Below, piece after piece: positions 29,024 through 39,668 of a stretch of 64,000 bases of DNA. The stretch comes from Fibrobacteria bacterium (GTDB taxonomy: Bacteria; Fibrobacterota; Fibrobacteria; UBA11236; JADFYW01), in assembly GCA_050294405.1 (NCBI GenBank), contig JBNKOC010000027.1, positions 76,284 to 140,283 of the forward strand. The letters are read 5' to 3'. Numbering within the stretch: the stretch's first letter is position 1; every line of letters starts with the position of its first letter. Position numbers and translations under genes: made by a program. Under the pieces are notes generated by a model that searched no databases, was not told the DNA's origin, and was given only the letters and a program-made list of their open reading frames with translations.

Positions 29024-29096
29024 TATATTAATCGTATATTTCGATTAATATAATAAATTTATTTCGTTAGACTCAATTAATATTTCTAGCTATACT
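29024..29096 (+). promoter_or_regulatory. Putative OxyR operator and sigma70 promoter of the rubrerythrin gene
   Basis: Perfect 11-bp inverted repeat TATATTAATCG-N7-CGATTAATATA (29024-29052) giving ATCG-N7-CGAT-N7-ATAA spacing; TAGACT (29068)-17 bp-TATACT (29091). Confidence 0.65.
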
Positions 29097-29126
29097 AATA
29101 ACATATTCAAAAACAAGGAGAACAAA

Positions 29127-29597
29127 ATGTCTGAGTCACAAACCATAAAAAATCTGGAATCTGCTTTTGCAGGCGAGTCCATGGCGAACAGAAAATACCT
29201 TTATTTTGCCAAACTTTGCCGAAAATTAGGCGCTAACGATGTGGCTGAAGTTTTTGAAGCCACTGCAGAACAAGAAACAGCTCACGCCCACGGGCATTTG
29301 GAACTTTTGTTTCCTCCCGAATCTCTTACAGTTGAAAAAATGTTGCAATTAGCCATAGAGGGAGAAACCTACGAATACACCGAAATGTACCCTGGCTTTA
29401 AAACCACCGCCTTGGAAGAAGGAAATGCAAAAGCCGCTTCTGAAATGGGCGAGCAAATAGACGAATCCAAAGAACATGCAGAACGTTTTTCCAAACTTTT
29501 GGAAAAAGCCGCCAAGCGTTTTACAGCTCTGGCCAAGGTGGAAGAACGTCATGCAAACCATTATCAAAAAACCTTAAACGAATTTGCCAGCAAATAG
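29127..29597 (+). CDS. rbr: Rubrerythrin (ferritin-like domain only, no C-terminal CxxC domain)
   Basis: [54 protein letters not shown]. Confidence 0.93.
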   Translation: MSESQTIKNLESAFAGESMANRKYLYFAKLCRKLGANDVAEVFEATAEQETAHAHGHLELLFPPESLTVEKMLQLAIEGETYEYTEMYPGFKTTALEEGNAKAASEMGEQIDESKEHAERFSKLLEKAAKRFTALAKVEERHANHYQKTLNEFASK

Positions 29598-29607
29598 GAG
29601 CAGTATC

Positions 29608-29784
29608 ATGAGCGAATTTAAAAAATACGAATGCGTAGTCTGTGGTTTTATCTACGACGAAAAAGAAGGCATGCCAGACGAGGGAATCGCCCCGGGCACA
29701 AAATGGGATGATATTCCCGAAGACTGGAATTGCCCCGATTGCGGAGTAGCTAAAGAAGACTTTGAAATGGTGGAAGTGGATTAA
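29608..29784 (+). CDS. Rubredoxin
   Basis: [40 protein letters not shown] before ATG 29608. Confidence 0.96.
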   Translation: MSEFKKYECVVCGFIYDEKEGMPDEGIAPGTKWDDIPEDWNCPDCGVAKEDFEMVEVD

Positions 29785-29857
29785 AAAATTTTCTTCATTA
29801 ATAAACTTAATGTCATGTATAGGCCTTAAAGGTCTGTACATGCGTTTTAAAAAGTAA

Positions 29858-30754
29858 ATGTTTCATTCTCCTCCCAGTTTTAGACAGCTGCAGTATCTGG
29901 TAGCCCTGGTTCAATGCGAACATTTTGGAAAAGCCGCCCAACAATGCCATGTAACTCAGTCCACTTTGAGCGCTGGAATATCTGAAGTGGAAGATATCCT
30001 CGGGTTCCCCCTTGTGGAAAGGATAAATAAAAGAAACATCCGAATCACCCCACTGGCCCAAGAGTTGGCCCAAAAGGCCCAAGAATTGTTGGCGCTTGGC
30101 GAAAAATGGATGGAGTATGCTAACATCCTCAACGACCCCCTCAGTGTAAAAGTTAAAATTGGGATTATCCCTACTATCGCTCCTTTTTTATTGCCTGCTT
30201 TTCTTCCCTTGAGCCGAAAGCGATATCCGAAATTGGATGTGGAAATTATGGAATCCACAAGCCAGTCCATTGTTGGAGCTGTGGAATCTGGAAACATGGA
30301 CTTTGGAATTTTGGCTCTTCCCTACGAACTGGGACGTCTTGAAGTTAAAAAGCTTTTTCCCGACAATTTTATGGCCGCCATTCCAAACCAACACCCCCTA
30401 GGCAAGTTGAAAAAAATTACAGCGGATAAATTGTCTGGAGAACAATTGCTGCTTTTATCTGAAGGCCATTGCCTAACGGACCATGCGCTGCAAATTTGCA
30501 AATTAAGCTTTGACAAACGGGTGGCCGGTTCAAGCCTGTTTACCCTCATGCAACTGGTAAAAGGGGGTAGCGGAATCACCATTGTTCCGGAAATGTCGGT
30601 TCCCAGCCTGTCCCGCCTAAACAGCCAAATTTCTTTTGTTCCCCTGGCTGAGCCGGGACCTCATAGGGAAATAGCCCTTTTGTACCGCAACAGTTGGAGC
30701 AACCAGGCTGTGGTGGACGTCCTATTTGAGCTGCTAACATCCTCTCACAAATAA
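29858..30754 (+). CDS. oxyR: Hydrogen peroxide-sensing LysR regulator OxyR
   Basis: LysR HTH HFGKAAQQCHVTQSTLS, GIIPTIAPFLLP, and EGHCLTDHALQIC with both redox cysteines. Confidence 0.9.
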   Translation: MFHSPPSFRQLQYLVALVQCEHFGKAAQQCHVTQSTLSAGISEVEDILGFPLVERINKRNIRITPLAQELAQKAQELLALGEKWMEYANILNDPLSVKVKIGIIPTIAPFLLPAFLPLSRKRYPKLDVEIMESTSQSIVGAVESGNMDFGILALPYELGRLEVKKLFPDNFMAAIPNQHPLGKLKKITADKLSGEQLLLLSEGHCLTDHALQICKLSFDKRVAGSSLFTLMQLVKGGSGITIVPEMSVPSLSRLNSQISFVPLAEPGPHREIALLYRNSWSNQAVVDVLFELLTSSHK

Positions 30755-30866
30755 AACTCAAAATTTGAAAATTTGGCAGGAAATTGGATTGTCCCAATAA
30801 GAGATTACAATTTATTATGTTTTAAGAATTAATTTAAAAATGGAATTTTCCATTCAATTTTTATAG

Positions 30867-33107
<2,241 letters not shown>

Positions 33108-33110
33108 GCA

Positions 33111-34451
33111 CTAGGGATTGTATCGACCTGAAATGCTATAGCTAAAGTTTTTGGAAACCCGGTTTCCCTGATATAAAACCCTGATGCTTGTCCCGGAAGG
33201 GTCTAAAAATAACGTCGGGGTTAGTTTAGTGTTTAAATTGCTTTTGTCAAATATCAGGATACTTGTGGGAGCGGTTTGGCTGAAACAAAGAGAACCAAAT
33301 CCGAGTTGGTCAAAACCGCCACTTGTGTTTCCGTAATTCCCCCCACCCCCTTCCGGCCTCAATTGTTCGGCGAAGCTCCCGCTGTATGGGGCATACAATC
33401 CTTTTTCCACAACATAGTGGTTGTATATAAGTTCCCACACAGGCCGCAAATTGCCCCTTCCTTCCGGAGATACGGCTAACATTTCCTTACCTTCACAATT
33501 GCTGTAATCGGTCCAGGGAACATCCTCCCCCAAATTATATTTAGCGGTGTATTCCGCAAGGGCCAATACCTTGTTATCCTTGTAGCCAAACAAATCCTCT
33601 CCTTGATCGTAGGCCATTTTGCAAAAACTGCCCACCAGGGCTATGCATAACATGGCATGGCCCTGGTCTCTTCCCGATTCCTGACCCTGTCCCAAAAAAT
33701 GCCCAGGTTTATCCCCTGGATATATATGATTCACCAGCCTGTCAATTTGGCCCGTTCCTGAGCCATTTTTAAAATAGTCCACAGCTTCTGAATACATACT
33801 TGAATCGTCGGCAAAAATTCCAATCGCCAAAATGGTATTCATATTAGCCAAATCCCAGTTAGCCCAATAGTGGTCAAAGCAAGTGTTGTTATGCCGGATT
33901 AGAAAATCAGAGCTAATGGGATAAAAAATGGAAACTAACATATTTTTAAATTTGTTAAAATCCTCCGCAGCCCATCCGGGGTAGTCTCGCAACAGCTCGC
34001 CCGCTACAGCAAACTGGTATCCGTACAAGCCTGCTCTTAAGCCCGCATTGGAATCTCCGGTAAAACCCGTGAAAATAAAAGACCAGTCATTGAGTATTTG
34101 AACTGCCGCCTGGGCGTATTGAGAGTCCAGAGAGATGCGGTATCTCAATGCCAGTTGGTAGGCCGCCGCGCAGTCTCTGGCCATGGCCATGTATGTTTCC
34201 CCATTTGGGCACCCGCTGCCGCCCGCGCAAACTTCTTCTTTGGGATTGGAGTTGTATTGAAGTTGAGAATAGGAATTTGAAATAAGCAGATCATAACTGC
34301 CTATCCAGGGTTCTTGCTGCGCTAATACCTTTTGGCGCATCCGGGCAATTTCAGACTCGGTGTGTAAAATTCCCGGATGAACAAATCCGAATGCGGAAGG
34401 AATAGCAAAAACGAATATCGGGATTATTCTAACGGTTATTTTTTTTAGCAT
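33111..34451 (-). CDS. Secreted alginate-lyase-family (alpha/alpha toroid) protein
   Basis: Signal peptide from MLKKI; FVHPGILH, YWANWDL, ESGRDQGH motifs. Confidence 0.8.
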   Translation of the reverse strand: MLKKITVRIIPIFVFAIPSAFGFVHPGILHTESEIARMRQKVLAQQEPWIGSYDLLISNSYSQLQYNSNPKEEVCAGGSGCPNGETYMAMARDCAAAYQLALRYRISLDSQYAQAAVQILNDWSFIFTGFTGDSNAGLRAGLYGYQFAVAGELLRDYPGWAAEDFNKFKNMLVSIFYPISSDFLIRHNNTCFDHYWANWDLANMNTILAIGIFADDSSMYSEAVDYFKNGSGTGQIDRLVNHIYPGDKPGHFLGQGQESGRDQGHAMLCIALVGSFCKMAYDQGEDLFGYKDNKVLALAEYTAKYNLGEDVPWTDYSNCEGKEMLAVSPEGRGNLRPVWELIYNHYVVEKGLYAPYSGSFAEQLRPEGGGGNYGNTSGGFDQLGFGSLCFSQTAPTSILIFDKSNLNTKLTPTLFLDPSGTSIRVLYQGNRVSKNFSYSISGRYNP

Positions 34452-34759
34452 ATAATTATTAGAAAATATATTGGAAATAGTGCTAATTTTACCCTTCTTT
34501 GCCCACAATCAATCCAGCAATATTTAATTTAAGCCATTTTTAAAACCAGAAATGTGAAATTCGCAAAATTTAGCCGTTTATCAGGGTCAAATGGCCTCAG
34601 CCAAAGTGTTAAATTTGTGCTATTATATTGTTAAGATTAAAGTATTTAAAATAGCGAAAAGGCCTTAAATTTAGGGAGAAGTTTGGGATTTGGTGGATTG
34701 TTATGTCTGGGGTCGCCAAAATCCCGGACTAAGATGAATCCTGGGCACAAGGAGGGGGT

Positions 34760-35869
34760 ATGGAAATTTCAAAAAAACGCTTAAATCTGATTAGTCTGGT
34801 AGTTCTTGCCGTTTTAGCCTTAATTGGCGAATCTTTTTCAAATGTCGCAGGAGATACCATTCAAGGAGATGGCGAAATATATGTATCTCGTTTAAAACGC
34901 CTTTTGGTTTTGCAAGAAGAACACCACAGTAAAAATATTGTGGGTGACGAAATCAAAGCCCTTTTGGAACCAAACGGGGTGGAAGTAGAAGTTGTTGCCA
35001 CTTCTAATAGTTCTTCTGTTTTAAACAATGCGGTTTTAGCCGATTTTGATGCATTACTTTGGTCCTATGCATGGGAACCCCAGGACAGATACAATGCCGC
35101 CATGAAGCAGGCCGTAGAAGATTGGTACGCACAGGGCAACAGAGGGGTAGGTTGCTTGCACTCTTGCCAACGCTCCCATGATTGGCCTTTTTACAAAGAA
35201 GTTTTTGGCTCTTTGTATGCGTATGAATGGAATATTCCCAGCAATTCTCAAACTATGATCCTTGACGATAGCTTTAAAGACAACATGTTGTACAACGAAA
35301 GCGAAGATAAAAACTGGGACAATCCCGGTGGCCAGGAAGAGTATTACCTCTATGATTTAAACCCAAGAGATCTTCCCAATACTCAAATCCATTACCGCAT
35401 TGAAGAAAACGACATTCAATCTATTTCCATGGGAGGCGACCACCCTGTAGTTTGGACAAGAGAAGTTATGGGCGGACGCAGTTATATGAATGTTTTAAAC
35501 CACGCTTCTCATTTAATCAATGAATTAAAGCGTCAGGAATATGTGGACAACTTAACTAAGAGTTTGTACTGGCTCCCAGGTTACGATACTGTAAAAATAG
35601 AAGTGGATACCACAGATACTACCACAAATATCGATTTGGATAAGAATCAACTGGGTAACCAATCTGAAATCTTTCACATTGCCTCAGATAACAAAACTCT
35701 GCATATTGGCGATGTTAATAACCAAATAAAAATTTTCGATGCCCGCGGAACTGTGGTTTATGAGTCCCGCGGTTTGAATAATTATGATTTATCTTCCCTC
35801 AAGGGAATTCATTATATTCAAATAAATTTGAATAATAAATCTTATAGAAACAAAGTTATATTACTTTAA
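34760..35869 (+). CDS. Secreted ThuA-like domain protein with C-terminal sorting-like tail
   Basis: Signal peptide; GVGCLH, EEYYLY..NPR, MGGDHPVVW, GGRSY; tail KIFDARG..KGIHYIQI..KVILL. Confidence 0.72.
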   Translation: MEISKKRLNLISLVVLAVLALIGESFSNVAGDTIQGDGEIYVSRLKRLLVLQEEHHSKNIVGDEIKALLEPNGVEVEVVATSNSSSVLNNAVLADFDALLWSYAWEPQDRYNAAMKQAVEDWYAQGNRGVGCLHSCQRSHDWPFYKEVFGSLYAYEWNIPSNSQTMILDDSFKDNMLYNESEDKNWDNPGGQEEYYLYDLNPRDLPNTQIHYRIEENDIQSISMGGDHPVVWTREVMGGRSYMNVLNHASHLINELKRQEYVDNLTKSLYWLPGYDTVKIEVDTTDTTTNIDLDKNQLGNQSEIFHIASDNKTLHIGDVNNQIKIFDARGTVVYESRGLNNYDLSSLKGIHYIQINLNNKSYRNKVILL

Positions 35870-35934
35870 AATTCTAAAACATTTTCTTTAAGCTGAATTC
35901 TCAGTCTTTTACCTGTATTAGTTTAGGTGTTATT

Positions 35935-37341
35935 ATGAAATTATTAATTGTCTTTGTATCCCTTTTTTCCTTTGCCTCCGTACTGCAAGCCGATATTGAG
36001 CTTAAACCGGTTACCACTAAGGTTGGCGTGGAGCTGGGCCAATTTATGGGCGGCCAATATTCTGAAAGAAAAGATATTGATATGCAAGGCCATGTGGAAA
36101 GACGCATACTATTTTCAATCGGAAGGGAAATAGAGGTGGACCCTAGCTTTACCTTACATTTTGCATTAGGCGGGGCTCTTTTCTATGCCTTTCCTGCAGA
36201 CAACACCCAATACTTTACTAAAGGCACTAAAACGGCCCTCACTTTAGGTTATGGTTATGGCAACAAAAGTTGGGATTGGGGTGGAAGCCTCAAGTTTGGA
36301 ATATTCCCATATAAGTACAACCCCAATGCCAAAAATTTAGGGGAATATCTTTTTAGAAGCGGCACATATCCCAGTATTAGATACACCGGTGGTTTTTCAA
36401 ACGTGAACTCCGCATATTACCCTGCCGAGGGAATAAATTTCAGTTTTGAACATTTGGAAGGCATGTTAAAACATGAGTTTATTTTATTTTCAGAAAGATT
36501 CCAGTCCCCCACAGTGGATTTAACCCCCAGCTACTTAGTAACGCTCAATTTAACAAACATTATTGAAATTGAAGCGGGTGTGGCGTTTAACAGATACATT
36601 CCAGCCAAACCTTCAAAGCTAAATCCAAAAACGGAAGAAAACAGCTATGTTACTATGATTGACCCTTTCCCCGATTCAGTATTATATGGCGGTGAAAAAA
36701 TTGCGCCTGTGAACGAAGGGCCAGGCTGGCTGCTTAATAACTATCGCGACACCACATCCCGAGAACGCTTATTATCCTTAACCCAGGAGGTAGTGGGTCC
36801 TTTGGGCGATACACTGGAAGTAAACCTATACAATAGAAACACCACCTACTACAGCCAAAAAGGGATTAAGTTAATGGGAAGCATTGCAGCCAACCTCCCT
36901 GGAAACTCAAAAATTTATGCGGAAATTGCGTTATTAGGTTTGGAAAATCACCCTTTTTATTACGAAAGCCAGAAAGAACGCATGCCCATTATGGCTGGCG
37001 TATCCTTTCCTACTTTTGGGCTATTGGATAACCTATCTTTTGAGGTGGAATATTTAAAAGCCAAGTTTGCCAATGATAAATCCATTCTATACAACACCAC
37101 CGATGTTATTTATGTGAATTCGCAGGAATCTTATGAAGCCAGTCTGGAACAGGCAAAAAAAGAAACTTGGAAGTGGTCCTTTTTTGCTGAAAGGAAAATC
37201 GGAGAAACCATGAAAGCCTTTTTGCAAGTGGCTAGCGATCATTTCCGAACGATTGATTATGAAGTAAGACCTTCCCATGCCAGCATTATTAAATCGCCTT
37301 CGGACTGGTACTACATGGGAAAATTTGAATTTGGTTTTTAG
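35935..37341 (+). CDS. Hypothetical outer-membrane beta-barrel protein
   Basis: Signal peptide, alternating aromatic beta-strands, C-terminal GKFEFGF. Confidence 0.65.
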   Translation: MKLLIVFVSLFSFASVLQADIELKPVTTKVGVELGQFMGGQYSERKDIDMQGHVERRILFSIGREIEVDPSFTLHFALGGALFYAFPADNTQYFTKGTKTALTLGYGYGNKSWDWGGSLKFGIFPYKYNPNAKNLGEYLFRSGTYPSIRYTGGFSNVNSAYYPAEGINFSFEHLEGMLKHEFILFSERFQSPTVDLTPSYLVTLNLTNIIEIEAGVAFNRYIPAKPSKLNPKTEENSYVTMIDPFPDSVLYGGEKIAPVNEGPGWLLNNYRDTTSRERLLSLTQEVVGPLGDTLEVNLYNRNTTYYSQKGIKLMGSIAANLPGNSKIYAEIALLGLENHPFYYESQKERMPIMAGVSFPTFGLLDNLSFEVEYLKAKFANDKSILYNTTDVIYVNSQESYEASLEQAKKETWKWSFFAERKIGETMKAFLQVASDHFRTIDYEVRPSHASIIKSPSDWYYMGKFEFGF

Positions 37342-37544
37342 TAATAAATTCAAATCTTGCCTCATTTGGCTATATTCTTTTTAAGAAATCTCACTTAAAA
37401 ACATAGCCTAAAACAATTTATTTGCCTTTTTCCAGGATACAAATATGTATCTTAAGGACTTCGTCCCAAAATTTCAGAAAAAAATCAGTTAGAATTTTCC
37501 CTGGAAATGTTTGCGGGAGAATTTCCCCAATTTTAATAGTAAAA

Positions 37545-37574
37545 AATCTGAATTTTTCTGGAAAAATTCAGATT
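37545..37574. promoter_or_regulatory. Perfect 14-bp inverted repeat, operator-like
   Basis: AATCTGAATTTTTC-TG-GAAAAATTCAGATT upstream of the CE15 gene. Confidence 0.45.
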
Positions 37575-37759
37575 ACTTCCAAATAATAGCGTTGAACATC
37601 GACTGAGATATATAAAACTCAGATCCTTCCAGATTTATACAAATATGACTTTTTTCAGGATACACAAAAAGGATATTGTATGAGATTTTAAGCATATATT
37701 TTAAAATTCTACGGTATATTTTTTTATGTCGGAAAGGTTCATTAACGGGAGGAGAGCCC

Positions 37760-39514
37760 ATGAAACCCAAACTATTCCTGCTTATTGGCTTATTTGTTGG
37801 TATAACTTTAACCTATAGCCAAAACGTTTCTCTTAGTGGGATTGTAAGGGAAGCTGGCAACAACAACCCTATTTCAGGTGCACAGTTACGCTTGTTAAAT
37901 TCCGGACTGACCGCCACTACAGACGCTCAAGGCTCATTTTCGATATCAGCTGTTCTATCTGTTCACAAATCTGACAATTTTCACCCGGATTTAAGTTTTG
38001 AGCTTAAGGGCAATATGTTAATAGTCCGGTCCGGAAATTTAAGTGAAAATACAACAGTGGAATTATACAGCACCACGGGAAGTTTGATGTATGCATCGAA
38101 TTTTGAAGAAAATTCTTCATCTGATTTTGAGATTGAAATTCCCGATTTTAAGCCTGGAGTTTCGATTTTGCTTGTAAAGGCAAATGGAAAATCTATTTCA
38201 CAAAAACTGTTCCGTCTTGGAGATAACATATTCAGTCAGGATTATTCCTCATTTGAAAAGGGTGGAAGCCTTAAAGCTTCCGCAGCATTTTTAGCTGTAG
38301 ATAGCCTAATGATCAGCAAAACAGGGTATCTGGATGCTAAAATAGGCATTGATAGTTACACTATGGAAAATCTGGAAATCACTTTGGAATCCAGTAACTG
38401 TGATATTCCAGAAATGCCTTCCCGCACTCAACTGGATATAAATATTCCCAAATTGCCCAACCCTTTTACTTTCAAAATTGCAGACTATCCTGATGTTACA
38501 AAACGCGAAGACTGGAACTGCCGCAGAGAAGAAATAAACAAAGCCATGCAAGCCTATATTTATGGAGAAAACCCTGCACCTGAAAAAGTGGAAGCGAACT
38601 ATTCTGGCAATACCCTGGAAATTACAGTGAGCTACGGAGGAAAATCAATATCATTTGACTTGGATATATCTGGCGGTGATCCGCAAAACCCAAAACCCCT
38701 TTTATTGAAATACGGTGGGTTCGGATCTCTACCAGGGCTGCCTAATGGAATTGTGTCCGCAACTATGCCAATTAATGATATTGCTGCGGATGCGACCTCA
38801 TCCAGTGGTCTATTTTATAATTTATACGGAACCAATCATTCCGCTGGTGAATTGGCCGCCTGGGCATGGGGAGTGGGCAGAGTAATAGATGCTTTAGAAA
38901 TGACGCCTGAAGTTGGTATTGATCCCACTAAGGTGGCAGTTCATGGATGTTCCCGTTATGGCAAAGGAGCGCTGGCTGCAGGGGCACTGGAGCCTCGCGT
39001 CGCCCTTACAATTCCAGAAGAGGCTGGTTCCGGTGGGGGTTCTGCCTGGAGGATAATTGCCGCAGAAAAATCTTCCGGAAGAGACATTCAAACTCTGAGC
39101 AGTGCATGTAGTGAAAGAAACTGGATGCATCAGAATTTTTGCGACTGGAGCGGGCTTGAGAGCCGTTTGCCAGTAGACATGCATGAAGCCATGGGCTTGG
39201 TAGCTCCCAGAGGTCTTTTATTCCTAGATGGAGATGCAGGAAATGATTGGTTAGGTGTTACTGCTAGCTCCTGGTCGGCCCACGGGACCGCTGAAATTTA
39301 TAAGGCGCTGGGTTCTGAAAGCGGATTTACTTATTCTCAAATTAATTCTTCTCATTGCACTACCCCACAAGGTCAGGGAAAATATGTTACTGCTTATATG
39401 AATTATTACCTATTGGGAGAAGGCGAACCTCCTGAAGGTGGCGTTGTTACTCAAGCTACAAGACAATTTAATAGAGCTGATTGGATTGATTGGGAAACTC
39501 CCAGCCTGGAGTAA
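37760..39514 (+). CDS. Secreted glucuronoyl esterase (CE15) with N-terminal carboxypeptidase-regulatory-like domain
   Basis: LPNPF, W.CRREEI, AWAWGVGRVIDAL, GCSRYGK, EAGSGG, LPVDMH..APRGL; ATG 37760 after GGAGG. Confidence 0.9.
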   Translation: MKPKLFLLIGLFVGITLTYSQNVSLSGIVREAGNNNPISGAQLRLLNSGLTATTDAQGSFSISAVLSVHKSDNFHPDLSFELKGNMLIVRSGNLSENTTVELYSTTGSLMYASNFEENSSSDFEIEIPDFKPGVSILLVKANGKSISQKLFRLGDNIFSQDYSSFEKGGSLKASAAFLAVDSLMISKTGYLDAKIGIDSYTMENLEITLESSNCDIPEMPSRTQLDINIPKLPNPFTFKIADYPDVTKREDWNCRREEINKAMQAYIYGENPAPEKVEANYSGNTLEITVSYGGKSISFDLDISGGDPQNPKPLLLKYGGFGSLPGLPNGIVSATMPINDIAADATSSSGLFYNLYGTNHSAGELAAWAWGVGRVIDALEMTPEVGIDPTKVAVHGCSRYGKGALAAGALEPRVALTIPEEAGSGGGSAWRIIAAEKSSGRDIQTLSSACSERNWMHQNFCDWSGLESRLPVDMHEAMGLVAPRGLLFLDGDAGNDWLGVTASSWSAHGTAEIYKALGSESGFTYSQINSSHCTTPQGQGKYVTAYMNYYLLGEGEPPEGGVVTQATRQFNRADWIDWETPSLE

Positions 39515-39554
39515 CCCGAATTGACTAGTGTTCATGCCCAAACGGCGATCCCCC

Positions 39555-39596
39555 CACAGTACCCTTCGATTTTAACTTGGGGTACTGTGACTTTTT
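39555..39596 (+). terminator. Intrinsic terminator-like hairpin between CE15 and ABC-F genes
   Basis: CACAGTACCC (39555-39564) / GGGTACTGTG (39580-39589) followed by ACTTTTT. Confidence 0.6.
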
Positions 39597-39668
39597 CCAC
39601 GCTATACCAAAGAGTTTGTGATATGGCCGAAATTTCCTACCTTTGGTCCTTTTTAACAGGTTTGATAG

